Of a stretch of DNA of 37,298 nucleotides, positions 8,697 to 18,827 are shown one piece after another. The notes under the pieces are model-generated. The model saw only the letters and a program-made list of their open reading frames with translations, was not told where the DNA came from and made no database searches. The stretch spans positions 1-37,298 of the forward strand of contig JAQUCI010000001.1 of NCBI GenBank assembly GCA_028686295.1. The letters run 5' to 3'. The first letter of the stretch is position 1. The number at the start of each line of letters is the position of its first letter. This DNA is from Erysipelotrichaceae bacterium (GTDB taxonomy: Bacteria; Bacillota_I; Bacilli_A; Erysipelotrichales; Erysipelotrichaceae). Made by a program: the position numbers and the translations under genes.

Positions 8697-10838
8697 TCAT
8701 TCGCCATTACCAATATAAACATCACGTGGCTTACTACCCTGTGCTGGTCCTATCATTCCTCTTTGTTCTAAGACATCAATCAAGCGTGCCGCTCTATTAT
8801 ATCCTATGCCAAATTTACGTTGTAATAAAGAAGTTGAAGCTTTTTGAACTTCAGTTATATAATCTACCACCTCATCATATAAAGGATCAGTCGATATCGA
8901 GTTAGAAAAGCCATCTTGATCATTATCTAATTCATCCAACCTAATAAAAGCATCTTCAAATCTAGGTTTCATCTGTTTTGAAACGTACTCACTTATTTGA
9001 TTAACTTCGTTATCTGTAACATAAACACCTTGTAGTCTTATGCTAGATGGCTCACCTATTGGCCAGTATAACATATCACCATTACCTAACAAGCGTTCAG
9101 CACCAACAGTATCGATAATAGTTCGAGAATCTATTCCGCTACTAACAGCAAATGCGATCCTGCTCGGTATATTTGCTTTAATTATACCTGTTATGACATC
9201 AGTACTAGGTCTTTGAGTAGCAACGATCAAATGGATACCTGCAGCTCTTGCAAGTTGAGTTATCCTTTGAATACTTTGCTCAACATCCTTTCCAACTGTA
9301 GACATAAGATCAGCCAACTCATCAATAATAACTACGATCCTTGGCATTGACTTTAGTTTTTCCTCTGGATGATTTGCAATATATTCATTATATGAGGATA
9401 TATTTCTAACGCCAACCTTAGAGAAAACCTCATAACGATTCTCCATATAATCAACGATAACCTTAAGCGCTCGCGAAGCATCATTACTATCATTAATAAC
9501 CGGACCAATCAAATGCGGAATATTATGATACTGAGTAAATTCAACTTTCTTAGGATCTATTAATAGTAATTTTACTTCATCAGGAGTTGTTCTTAATAAC
9601 AAAGTACAGATAAGTCCGTTTACGCAAACAGATTTTCCACTCCCTGTCGCTCCAGCTATCAAAAGATGAGGCATTTTGTCCAAGTGACAATAAACAGGTT
9701 TGCCCATTAAATCTTTTCCTAAGATAAACATCAGTTTCTTATCTTTTAGATCATCAGGTATCGTTGTAATCAATTCATACATTCTAACCGGTATCATTTC
9801 CACATTTGGAATTTCAATGCCAACCGCATTTCTACCTGGAATTGGAGCTTCAATTCGAATATTCTTAGCTGCCAATTCCATTTTAAGATTATCCTGAATA
9901 GCAACGATTTTATTGATCTTAACATTAGTATCAGGTTTTATCTCAATCTTTGTTACTGAAGGTCCAACGATACTTCCAATCAATTCGGCATTTATACCAA
10001 ATTCTCGCAATATTTCAAGCAATCGCTTGGCCTTTTGTTCAGCGGCTCGATTATTAACCACAGAACTTTTACGATTTGTGACATTTTCAAGCATTTGATA
10101 ACTTGGTAAATTGTAATTAGACATTGTTGTATTTATGGCTGCAGAAGACGTTTTGACAACAGTCGTATTCAGTCCATCATTATTCTTACTTGTCTTAGGT
10201 TTGTCGATATCAATAAAAACAGATTTTTTTACTTTAGGTTCAGTTATAAAATCAAATGCTGATTTCTTTTGAAAATCATCGTTTGAATCAATCTTATGAA
10301 TGTTTTTATGTTTAACTAATCCCTTTAACCACTTAAGATCTAGCATGAAGATCAAACTCATGATGCTCATTGCTCCAATGATAACGTAAGTGCCATCTTT
10401 ATCAACAAGCAAGGAAGTTAATGAATAAAGCACTGCCCCTATTATCCCACCAAATGCTTCAACTTCGCTTTTAAAGATTTCAATAGATTGACTCAAGTAT
10501 TGTGTCAACACATTAAAGCCCACTAACTCGTTAGCGCCCTTTATAGCTGAATACAATAAAAAAGCTAAATAGATCATAAATAATGACAACAAGCTTTTTT
10601 TATATTTAAATGGCTTTTCTTTAAAAAACAATATATAGACAGCGATAATGACCATTAAAGCGTAAATGATAAAATCATGTTGTCCAAAAACAAACCTTAT
10701 TAGATTCGTTAAGAATATGCCAATCAAACCATATCGTTGAAAACCAATGATTGCAAGACTTATCAATATGATTGCAAAGATCGTAAGATATATTTGTTTT
10801 TCAAGCTTATTGTTTGGTGTATACTTTTTTTTGGACAT
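8697..10838 (-). CDS. ftsK: DNA translocase FtsK/SpoIIIE
   Basis: N-terminal multi-TM region, Walker A GATGSGKS, Walker B VVIIDELADL, C-terminal gamma winged helix LLQRKFGIGYNRAARLIDVLEQRGMIG; GGAGG RBS. Confidence 0.9.
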   Translation of the reverse strand: MSKKKYTPNNKLEKQIYLTIFAIILISLAIIGFQRYGLIGIFLTNLIRFVFGQHDFIIYALMVIIAVYILFFKEKPFKYKKSLLSLFMIYLAFLLYSAIKGANELVGFNVLTQYLSQSIEIFKSEVEAFGGIIGAVLYSLTSLLVDKDGTYVIIGAMSIMSLIFMLDLKWLKGLVKHKNIHKIDSNDDFQKKSAFDFITEPKVKKSVFIDIDKPKTSKNNDGLNTTVVKTSSAAINTTMSNYNLPSYQMLENVTNRKSSVVNNRAAEQKAKRLLEILREFGINAELIGSIVGPSVTKIEIKPDTNVKINKIVAIQDNLKMELAAKNIRIEAPIPGRNAVGIEIPNVEMIPVRMYELITTIPDDLKDKKLMFILGKDLMGKPVYCHLDKMPHLLIAGATGSGKSVCVNGLICTLLLRTTPDEVKLLLIDPKKVEFTQYHNIPHLIGPVINDSNDASRALKVIVDYMENRYEVFSKVGVRNISSYNEYIANHPEEKLKSMPRIVVIIDELADLMSTVGKDVEQSIQRITQLARAAGIHLIVATQRPSTDVITGIIKANIPSRIAFAVSSGIDSRTIIDTVGAERLLGNGDMLYWPIGEPSSIRLQGVYVTDNEVNQISEYVSKQMKPRFEDAFIRLDELDNDQDGFSNSISTDPLYDEVVDYITEVQKASTSLLQRKFGIGYNRAARLIDVLEQRGMIGPAQGSKPRDVYIGNGE

Positions 10839-10852
10839 AATGACCTCCAGTG

Positions 10853-12517
10853 TTATTCCGAAATATTAATTTCAACGATCGTTGGCAAGATCATTGGTCT
10901 TTTACCTGTTTCCTTTAAAAGATATCGAGTGATTCGCTCTTTTGCTTCCATTCGAACAGCCATATTTTCAAAGCGATTATCCGCCACAGCCTCTTTAATC
11001 GTATCTTCAAGAATATTTCCTACTTCTTTAACTATATAATCAGCGTCTTTTAGATAGATTAAGCCACGTGATTGAACATCAGGTCCGCCAATTACCTCTT
11101 TTGTATTGTAATTGATGACAATACCAACGATTATCGCTCCGTCCTTTGATAAAACATCACGATCTTTTAATACAAAGCTACTGATATCAGAATTATCATT
11201 ACCATCGATCATCACATCAATAAGATCAATAAGATCAGATGTCGTCTTCAAAAAACCATTTTCAAACGTTGCTATCTGTCCATTATCCAAAACAATAATA
11301 TGATCAGCGCGATAGCCCATATCCAAAGCAATATTAGCATTATCCACTAAATGTCGATACTCACCTTTTATCGGAATATAATACTTTGGCTTAAATAAAT
11401 AAATCATCATTTTTAAATCTTCACTCGATGCATGGATAGAATAAACCTTTTTACTATCAAGTACTACAACCTTAACATCTTCTTTATAAAGCTCATTAAC
11501 AGTGTTACTGGATTCAACTTCTAATGTATCTCCACTTGGCGAGCCAATGATAACTGTGTCATTTTTATCTAGAGTTACCTTACCATCCTCACCCATGGCT
11601 ATCTTCATCATTATCTTAAATACATTTGGTCCATTACCTGTTACCAATATAATTACATCATCAAGATCATTACTAAATTTTTCTTTAGTTAAACTAATTT
11701 TTGGTGGAATCTTATAATAACCTAATTTTTCTACAATCTTTAGTAATTCTCTTAAGCCATCATCATAAATAAATAATCGCTTATGGTATTTGTTTGCCAA
11801 TTCTAAAATCTCGATTATACGATAAAGATTCTGCTCATAGGCTGTTATTATAATGCGAGATCGTGCATTTTCAATATGATTTTCAACCAAATCCGTAATT
11901 CGATGATTTGGAGCTGTATATCCTTTATTATCAACACCGCTTGATTCACACATTAAAGCAAAAACGCCTTGTTTACCAATTTCTGATAACTCAGATACGT
12001 CACTAGCAAAAGTCTCAAGCTTAACATCAGAATCGATGATAAACTCTCCACAATATACAATATATCCATGACTTGTAGCAATAGCAAGCCCAAAACCGTC
12101 CATGATCGATGTTGTTATACCAAAAGTTTTGACTTGAGTATTACCAATCTTTAAAACATCAGATCTTTTTATCAGATTAATACTATATTTAGTAACACCA
12201 ATCTTCTTCATTTCTAATCTAACTACTTCAGCAGTTAAAGGTGTTGTATAGATTGGAATATTTATTTGCTTGGTCAAATATGCCAAAGAACCAAGTACAT
12301 CATCATGTGCATGGGTTATAAAAATAGCCCTGATTCTATCGCTATTTTTCTGTAGATAATTATAATCAGGAATGATCATCTCAACACCCAATTGTTCGTT
12401 TTCGGGATATTTTAAACCTGATTCTATTAATATTATGTCGTTATTGATTTCGACGACGTATAAGTTTTTCCCATCTTCGTCTAAACCACCTAACGCAAAA
12501 AGGCGGATTTTGTCCAT
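10853..12517 (-). CDS. rnj: ribonuclease J family protein (J2-like; motif II degenerate)
   Basis: Metallo-beta-lactamase/beta-CASP architecture and length of RNase J. Start trimmed to MDKIRLFALGG (ATG 12517, GGAGG 5 nt upstream). The HxHxDH motif reads HAHDDV. Confidence 0.85.
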   Translation of the reverse strand: MDKIRLFALGGLDEDGKNLYVVEINNDIILIESGLKYPENEQLGVEMIIPDYNYLQKNSDRIRAIFITHAHDDVLGSLAYLTKQINIPIYTTPLTAEVVRLEMKKIGVTKYSINLIKRSDVLKIGNTQVKTFGITTSIMDGFGLAIATSHGYIVYCGEFIIDSDVKLETFASDVSELSEIGKQGVFALMCESSGVDNKGYTAPNHRITDLVENHIENARSRIIITAYEQNLYRIIEILELANKYHKRLFIYDDGLRELLKIVEKLGYYKIPPKISLTKEKFSNDLDDVIILVTGNGPNVFKIMMKIAMGEDGKVTLDKNDTVIIGSPSGDTLEVESSNTVNELYKEDVKVVVLDSKKVYSIHASSEDLKMMIYLFKPKYYIPIKGEYRHLVDNANIALDMGYRADHIIVLDNGQIATFENGFLKTTSDLIDLIDVMIDGNDNSDISSFVLKDRDVLSKDGAIIVGIVINYNTKEVIGGPDVQSRGLIYLKDADYIVKEVGNILEDTIKEAVADNRFENMAVRMEAKERITRYLLKETGKRPMILPTIVEINISE

Positions 12518-12578
12518 CTTAACCTCCATTTTCTTTCTTTCATTATACAAGTTTTATCATTTGTATTCAATTAAAGCA

Positions 12579-14003
12579 TTATATACGTTTACCGTTTAAT
12601 GACCATGTTTTAGCATCAGTGATCAATACATCGATTATCGTTCCAATCTTAGCTTCATCAGCAATAAAATTGACTAATTTATTAGTCTGAGTATATCCGC
12701 TAAATACATTCTTATTCTTTTTACTTAATCCATCAACTAAGACTTTAACTGTTTTATTTAGATATGCTTCATTCTTTATTTTAGCATAATGATCAACTTT
12801 TTCATTTAATATGCTCAATCTTCTTTGTTTGTCTTGATAAGATACATTATCCTCCATTTGGGCTGCTGGAGTACCTTCTCTTGGTGAATAGATGAAGGTG
12901 TAAGCATTGTCAAACTGACAATAGTCATAAAGTTCTAAAGTATCATTAAATTGTTCTTCTGTCTCATTTGGAAAACCAACGATTATATCCGTAGAAAACG
13001 AACAATTTGGTATGACTTTCTTTAAACGATCATATATTTCTTTGTATCTTTCAATCGTATAACGTCTACCCATCAACTTTAAGATTTCATTATTGCCGGA
13101 TTGTACTGGTAAATGTAAAAACGGCATTATGTTATCATACCTCGCCATGATATCAATTGTCTCATCAGTAAAGTCCCATGGATGACTTGTTGTAAATCGT
13201 ATTCTTTCAATATTAGTCTGTGCAACAGCTTCCAATAATCTACTAAAACCATCTTGATAACCCAAATCTTTACCATAAGCATTAACATTTTGTCCAAGTA
13301 AAGTTATTTCTTTATATCCATTTTCTTTTAATTCACTTACTTCTTTAATTATATCACTTAGTAATCTTGACCTTTCTTTACCTCGTGTGTATGGAACGAT
13401 ACAATAAGTGCAAAATTTATTACAACCATAAATGATGTTAACCCAAGCTTTATGTTTGATAAAACGATCAGTAGGTATCCCTTCGATCACTTCACCCTCT
13501 TTAGAAAAAACTTCAATGACTCTTTCTTGTGTGATCATTACTTGATGTAATAATTGTGGTAATCGATAGATATTATGAGTACCAAATACAAGATCGATCT
13601 GAGGATATTTATCAATGATAAGGTCAATAACCGCTTCTTCTTGAGCCATACAACCACAAAGAGCGATGATTAATTCTGGTCTTTGATCTTTATACTGTTT
13701 CAAATATCCTATTTCTCCAAATACTTTATCTTCTGCATTTTTTCTAATTGCGCATGTATTCAATATGATCATATCAGCAGTTTTTTCATCATCGATCATC
13801 GTAAATCCCATTCTTTTTAAAATTCCAGCGATCGTTTCCGAGTCTCTCTCGTTTGCTTGACAACCATAAGTTCTTAAATAGCAGGTTTTACCAGATCCTA
13901 GATTAGCAATTTTTTCATCGACATAAAAAAGATCTCTTTGTATCTCAGTTTCATGTATTGATCTTTTTTTAGCATTTATTAATGAAGGTAATTTATTATC
14001 CAT
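12579..14003 (-). CDS. miaB: tRNA-2-methylthio-N6-dimethylallyladenosine synthase
   Basis: N-terminal UPF0004 domain (YLRTYGCQANERDSE), radical-SAM CNKFCTYC (CxxxCxxC), C-terminal TRAM-like segment. Confidence 0.9.
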   Translation of the reverse strand: MDNKLPSLINAKKRSIHETEIQRDLFYVDEKIANLGSGKTCYLRTYGCQANERDSETIAGILKRMGFTMIDDEKTADMIILNTCAIRKNAEDKVFGEIGYLKQYKDQRPELIIALCGCMAQEEAVIDLIIDKYPQIDLVFGTHNIYRLPQLLHQVMITQERVIEVFSKEGEVIEGIPTDRFIKHKAWVNIIYGCNKFCTYCIVPYTRGKERSRLLSDIIKEVSELKENGYKEITLLGQNVNAYGKDLGYQDGFSRLLEAVAQTNIERIRFTTSHPWDFTDETIDIMARYDNIMPFLHLPVQSGNNEILKLMGRRYTIERYKEIYDRLKKVIPNCSFSTDIIVGFPNETEEQFNDTLELYDYCQFDNAYTFIYSPREGTPAAQMEDNVSYQDKQRRLSILNEKVDHYAKIKNEAYLNKTVKVLVDGLSKKNKNVFSGYTQTNKLVNFIADEAKIGTIIDVLITDAKTWSLNGKRI

Positions 14004-14013
14004 AACATTTTTT

Positions 14014-14038
14014 AAAAAACCAAGCTTATGCTTGGTTT
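14014..14038 (-). terminator. weak hairpin/terminator between the ferredoxin gene and miaB
   Basis: Minus strand: CCAAGC-ATAA-GCTTGG followed by TTTTTT; only a 6-bp stem; it overlaps the ferredoxin stop codon and ends 11 nt before the miaB ATG. Confidence 0.45.
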
Positions 14039-14210
14039 ATTGTGATATAGCTCCTACTGGACATGTAGCAACACATGCCCCGCAATCAATGCATGTATCC
14101 TCATTTACGAAAGCTTTACCATCATCTTCCATAACGATCGCTTCCACAGGGCAAACACCGACACAAGCTCCACAACCTATACATAAATCCTTATCTACTC
14201 TAGCTGGCAT
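14037..14210 (-). CDS. fer: 2x[4Fe-4S] ferredoxin (57 aa)
   Basis: Hand translation gives [57 protein letters not shown] with two CxxCxxCxxxCP motifs. GAGGAGG RBS 9 nt upstream of the ATG. Missed by the ORF track (too short); the track's 14032-14271 plus-strand ORF is its antisense shadow. Confidence 0.85.
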   Translation of the reverse strand: MPARVDKDLCIGCGACVGVCPVEAIVMEDDGKAFVNEDTCIDCGACVATCPVGAISQ

Positions 14211-14273
14211 ATCAATAATCCTCCTCTATAACGTGAACATTATACCAATCATAACTACCAGTTTCAACTAAAA

Positions 14274-15035
14274 TCAGTACGGTCTTAACTGAATTCGTTT
14301 TATTGATCTAGCTTCACTACCTTCAATATCAATTATGACCGCACAAAATATGCCTAATCCATCGGCAACTTTATAATGCGTTTTATTCTTATGAATAAAA
14401 CTATCAAAAACCTCATTAAGATCACGACCTAAAACACTGTCATAAGCCCCGCACATGCCAACATCCGATATAAAAGCACAATTTTCGATCAAGCGCTCAT
14501 CTGCAGTTTGTACATGAGTATGAGTACCGATCACAGCAGTCAATTTACTTTTAAAATAATGAGCAAAAACGATCTTCTCACTTGTAACTTCACCATGAAA
14601 ATCAACAATATTAATGATGTTCTTTAGTGAAACACTATTTAATGCTAAGAAAGGGTCCATTTCGACACGATCCATAAAAACTTTTCCCATTATATTGATC
14701 ACAGCAATCTTTTGTCCATCAACCACAAAGTGTCTTACCCCACAACCTTGATCGTTTGGTAACAAATTGATCGGTCTAACCAACCTATGATCACTAATTA
14801 TGTCAAAGATGGTATGTTTAGAATATGTATGATTTCCCATAGTTATCACATCAATGCCAAAAGATATAAGCTCATGGAAAATTTTGGGTGTCATCCCTTT
14901 TCCATGAGCTGCATTTTCGCCATTAGCGATCACAAAATCAATATGTTCTTCAGCTTTTAACTTAGGTAGCACTTTTTTAACGATATCTCTACCACTTTTG
15001 CCTACTATATCTCCAATAAATAAAACTCTAAGCAT
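14274..15035 (-). CDS. ymdB: YmdB-family metallophosphoesterase (2',3'-cyclic-nucleotide 2'-phosphodiesterase)
   Basis: 253 aa; MLRVLFIGDIVGKSGR N-terminus, GNH and GTHTHV metal-ligand motifs; directly downstream of rny as in Bacillus. Confidence 0.85.
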   Translation of the reverse strand: MLRVLFIGDIVGKSGRDIVKKVLPKLKAEEHIDFVIANGENAAHGKGMTPKIFHELISFGIDVITMGNHTYSKHTIFDIISDHRLVRPINLLPNDQGCGVRHFVVDGQKIAVINIMGKVFMDRVEMDPFLALNSVSLKNIINIVDFHGEVTSEKIVFAHYFKSKLTAVIGTHTHVQTADERLIENCAFISDVGMCGAYDSVLGRDLNEVFDSFIHKNKTHYKVADGLGIFCAVIIDIEGSEARSIKRIQLRPY

Positions 15036-16586
15036 TTATTTTGCGGTCTCTTGAGCGCGAGTCTCTCTTATCACTGTTACTTTGATCTGTCCAGGATATG
15101 TCATCTCGTTTTCAATTTTCTCTTTTATTTCGCGCGCAACACGATAACACGCTAGATCATCTAATTTGTCGGGAATAGCCATAACTCTAATCTCACGTCC
15201 AGCTTGAATAGCATAAGTCTTATCTATACCTTCAAAACTATTAGCGATCTCTTCTAGTTTTTCAAGTCGATTAATATAATTTTCCATTGACTCAAAGCGC
15301 GCGCCAGGGCGAGCAGCACTTAAGGTATCAGCTGCACCAACTAGTACTGAAATGATCGATTTTGTTTCAACATCGCCATGATGTGATTCAATCGCATTTA
15401 TGACCGTAGCATTTTCACCATGTTTCTTAGCTATCTTAGCTCCAAGTTCAACATGGCTTCCTTCAGCTTCAAAATCAATAGCCTTTCCAATATCATGTAA
15501 TAGTCCTGCTCTTTTAGCTAAATTCTGATTTAGGCCTAACTCAGCAGCCATTATTCCTGATAAAGTAGCTACTTCAACACTATGCTGTAAGGCATTTTGC
15601 CCATAACTATAACGATATTTCAGTCTGCCCACTAGTCTAATGATCTCACGATCCATTTTTCCAAGTCCAAGATTAAATATCGTTTCTTCACCCGTTTTTC
15701 GGACAGTTTCTTCAAGTTCTTCAGTAACTTTCTTAACTACTTCTTCAATTCTTCCTGGATGAATACGTCCGTCTCTGATCAAATTTTCTAACGCTTGCTT
15801 CGCAATTTCTCGCCTTATAGGATCAAAACAAGAAACAGTTATTGTTTCCGGTGTATCATCAATGATCAAATCTACACCAGTAGCTTGTTCTATCGCTTTT
15901 ATATTACGTCCTTCACGACCAATAATGCGTCCTTTCATCTCTTCACTAGGTAAAGCGACTACTGAAACCGTTCTTTCTTGCGTTTCTTCTTGTGCATAAC
16001 GTTGAATTGCTAAACTTATGATATTACGAGCATTATCACTAGCTCTTGATCTAGCTTCCTCATCTTGTTCTTTAACATAAGCAGTAATCTCATTTTGAAT
16101 TTTCTTTTCAACGCTTTCCATTAATTCTCTACGCGCATCATCAAAACTCATTGATGCAATTCTTTCAAGCTCAGACATTTGCTCAGCTTGCTTTTTACTC
16201 AATTCTTCTTCCATCTTTTCTAGTACACTAAATTTTTCGGTTAACTTTTTGTTCTTTTCTTCAAACTGTTTTTCTTTATTCGTTAAAACTTCGTCACGGA
16301 AATTCAAGGTGTCTTCTCGACGCGTCAATTTAGATTCAAGCTTTTGTGCTTCCTGTTTCTTTTCCTTTATTTCCTTCTCCGCTGCTAGTTTCATTTCATA
16401 AACTTGCATACGGGCATCTAGTGCGGCTTCACGTGTAATGTTTTCTGCCTTCTCGCTAGCTTCTTCTATTACTTGTTTAGCTTGTTCCTTAGCTTTATTT
16501 AACCCAGCTTTTGATATCAACATCATAATGATGATACCAACTGCCAAACCTACCATACCAGACAAGATGGGTATTAAATTATCCAT
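15036..16586 (-). CDS. rny: ribonuclease Y
   Basis: N-terminal TM helix, long coiled coil, KH domain (GRIIGREGRNI), HD domain (LLHDIGKA). Confidence 0.92.
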   Translation of the reverse strand: MDNLIPILSGMVGLAVGIIIMMLISKAGLNKAKEQAKQVIEEASEKAENITREAALDARMQVYEMKLAAEKEIKEKKQEAQKLESKLTRREDTLNFRDEVLTNKEKQFEEKNKKLTEKFSVLEKMEEELSKKQAEQMSELERIASMSFDDARRELMESVEKKIQNEITAYVKEQDEEARSRASDNARNIISLAIQRYAQEETQERTVSVVALPSEEMKGRIIGREGRNIKAIEQATGVDLIIDDTPETITVSCFDPIRREIAKQALENLIRDGRIHPGRIEEVVKKVTEELEETVRKTGEETIFNLGLGKMDREIIRLVGRLKYRYSYGQNALQHSVEVATLSGIMAAELGLNQNLAKRAGLLHDIGKAIDFEAEGSHVELGAKIAKKHGENATVINAIESHHGDVETKSIISVLVGAADTLSAARPGARFESMENYINRLEKLEEIANSFEGIDKTYAIQAGREIRVMAIPDKLDDLACYRVAREIKEKIENEMTYPGQIKVTVIRETRAQETAK

Positions 16587-16700
16587 AATAATACCTCCAT
16601 GTCTTTATAGAGAATTTTTCACTCTCTTATATATTACCTAATTTTTATAAATTTCACAATTACTTTATATCATTTGCTAGTAAATCAATTTGTTCTAGTA

Positions 16701-16730
16701 AAAAAAACCGCTGATAAATCATCAACGGTT
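16701..16730 (-). terminator. rho-independent terminator after recA
   Basis: Minus strand: AACCGTTGAT-GATTT-ATCAGCGGTT (one G-U pair) followed by eight T. Confidence 0.75.
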
Positions 16731-16733
16731 ATA

Positions 16734-17732
16734 TTATTCGGGCTTAACATACATTTTAGCACGAATCTGTTTAGCCAAATTTTCAGCTATCTCAGGATTG
16801 GCCGATAGATATGCTCTTGCAGCTTCTTTGCCTTGACCAATCTTTTCATCATTATATGAAAACCAAGCACCACTTTTTTGCAATAGATTATAATCAACAG
16901 CGAGATCGATTATCTCACCTAATTTTGAAATTCCTACTCCATACATGATCTCGATCTGAGCACTCTTAAATGGTGGAGCAACCTTGTTTTTTACAATTTT
17001 GACATTAGTCTTATTACCGATGATATCTGTACCATTTTTGATTGCCTCACCTCTTCTGATATCTATTCTAACCGAAGCATAAAAACGTAATGCCCTACCG
17101 CCACTGGTCGTTTCAGGATTGCCAAACATGATACCTACTTTTTCTCTTAGTTGATTGATAAAGATAGCCGTACATTGACTTCTATTCATGATACCAGCCA
17201 ATTTACGCATTGCCTTTGACATTAGTCTTGCCTGTAATCCGATCGATGAATCAGACATTTCACCATCTAATTCAGCCTGAGGTACTAGGGCTGCAACAGA
17301 GTCAATGACAATTAAGTCAACGGCTCCACTTTCAATCAACATCTCAGCTATTGATAGTGCATCTTCACCACTATCTGGCTGCGATAATATGAGTTCATCA
17401 ATATTCACTCCCAATGCTCGTGAATACATCGGGTCTATGGCATTTTCAACGTCAATAAATGCTGCTTTACCACCGTTTTTCTGTACTTCAGCAATCGCAT
17501 GTAAAGCCAAAGTCGTCTTACCACTTGATTCTGGTCCATAAATCTCTATAATCCGACCACGCGGATAACCACCGACACCAAGGGCATAATCAATAGCTAA
17601 AGAGCCACTGCTGATCGCGTCCACATCAACATGAGCCCTTTCACCAAGTTTCATGATCGAACCTTTGCCAAACTCCTTCTCTATTTTTTTGATTGTTTCA
17701 TCTAACAATGTATCGTTATTCTTCTGTGCCAT
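16734..17732 (-). CDS. recA: recombinase RecA
   Basis: Walker [29 protein letters not shown]; unmistakable RecA. Confidence 0.97.
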   Translation of the reverse strand: MAQKNNDTLLDETIKKIEKEFGKGSIMKLGERAHVDVDAISSGSLAIDYALGVGGYPRGRIIEIYGPESSGKTTLALHAIAEVQKNGGKAAFIDVENAIDPMYSRALGVNIDELILSQPDSGEDALSIAEMLIESGAVDLIVIDSVAALVPQAELDGEMSDSSIGLQARLMSKAMRKLAGIMNRSQCTAIFINQLREKVGIMFGNPETTSGGRALRFYASVRIDIRRGEAIKNGTDIIGNKTNVKIVKNKVAPPFKSAQIEIMYGVGISKLGEIIDLAVDYNLLQKSGAWFSYNDEKIGQGKEAARAYLSANPEIAENLAKQIRAKMYVKPE

Positions 17733-17777
17733 TCTTGATCCTCCTCGATCATAACTATAATATTAAGTTTTATATAT

Positions 17778-18233
17778 TTATCCTAGAATATCTTTTATTC
17801 TTTCAATCGTTAATTTAATTATATCATTTCTTATCTTAGTACGTGATCCACTTAACTCATCTTTATAAGCAAATACTTGTTTATCATAAATGATTGTAGT
17901 ATAAACTAATCCAACCTTCTTATTTTCACTACCCGATGGGCCGGCATTACCAGTAAAGCTTAAAGCGATATCACTTTCAAAAATGTTTAAACAATTCAAG
18001 GCCATAGCTTCGCTGGTTTGAGAACTGATAGCCCCATATTCATTAATTATCTCTTCCTTGACTTTGCCAACATCAATTTTTGCTTGATTAGAATAAGTAA
18101 CGATTCCACCCTTAAAAACCTTAGAAGCGTTTTTGACCTTAGTTAATTCTGAAGCAAATAATCCTCCAGTTAAGCTTTCCATAGAGCTTATCGTAAGCTG
18201 TCTTTCTCTTAAAAGCGCAATCAAATCTTTCAT
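17778..18233 (-). CDS. pncC: CinA C-terminal-domain protein (PncC-like nicotinamide-nucleotide amidohydrolase)
   Basis: 151 aa matching only the CinA C-terminal domain (LTISSMESLTGGL, GAISSQTSEAMA, LSFTGNAGP); no MoCF/MoeA-like N-terminal domain; upstream of recA. Confidence 0.8.
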   Translation of the reverse strand: MKDLIALLRERQLTISSMESLTGGLFASELTKVKNASKVFKGGIVTYSNQAKIDVGKVKEEIINEYGAISSQTSEAMALNCLNIFESDIALSFTGNAGPSGSENKKVGLVYTTIIYDKQVFAYKDELSGSRTKIRNDIIKLTIERIKDILG

Positions 18234-18826
18234 TACTTACTCTCAAGTAATACATCTTTTGCTTGGATAAAATAAGATAATCCACTCAAAATTGAAATAA
18301 AAGTAGCAAACCAAAATATAAAATCTGCAACAGCTAATCGATATAGTTCAAAAGGTAAATTATTTAATAATATGACAATGATCGCCACCATCTGCAAAAC
18401 AGTCTTAAGCTTACCTAATGGTCCAGCAGCCATCACTTTTCCTTTTGCACTTACCATCATTCTTATAGCATCAACGATCGTATCACGCCATATCATAAGT
18501 AATACCCCAACAACTGGTACGATACCATTTACAGCTAACATGATAAACATCGTATTAACTAACAGCTTATCAGCTATAGGATCAATAAACTTTCCAAAAG
18601 ATGTGATCATATTATACTTTCTTGCAATACTTCCATCTAAAAAATCGGTGAAACTAGCTATCGCAAATAAGATTAATACGATAATATTTTTTATTGGTAA
18701 TATCACAAAGCCAATCGCGATATATCCCATATCAATACCAAACTGAGCGTACGGAAATATCATTATCAATACGATCATTGGAACAATAGTAATCCTTAAT
18801 AACGACAATTTATTGGGAAGATTCAT
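18233..18826 (-). CDS. pgsA: CDP-diacylglycerol--glycerol-3-phosphate 3-phosphatidyltransferase
   Basis: CDP-alcohol phosphatidyltransferase motif DFLDGSIARKYNMITSFGKFIDPIADK; multi-TM. Confidence 0.85.
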   Translation of the reverse strand: MNLPNKLSLLRITIVPMIVLIMIFPYAQFGIDMGYIAIGFVILPIKNIIVLILFAIASFTDFLDGSIARKYNMITSFGKFIDPIADKLLVNTMFIMLAVNGIVPVVGVLLMIWRDTIVDAIRMMVSAKGKVMAAGPLGKLKTVLQMVAIIVILLNNLPFELYRLAVADFIFWFATFISILSGLSYFIQAKDVLLESK

Positions 18827-18827
18827 C

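Noticed and set aside
14032-14271. 79-aa plus-strand ORF from the track ([18 protein letters not shown]...)
   Set aside because: It is the antisense shadow of the ferredoxin gene. The minus strand gives a perfect 2x CxxCxxCxxxCP ferredoxin with a strong RBS, whereas this frame has no RBS and a low-complexity product.
18372-18746. 124-aa plus-strand ORF inside pgsA. The same applies to 26674-27030 (+) inside the DedA-like gene, 23740-24108 (-) and 24268-24531 (-) inside/at the end of ponA, and 17305-17541 (+) inside recA.
   Set aside because: All lie antisense to genes with unmistakable conserved motifs. AT-rich genomes generate long stop-free antisense frames, and none of these has an RBS or a recognisable product.
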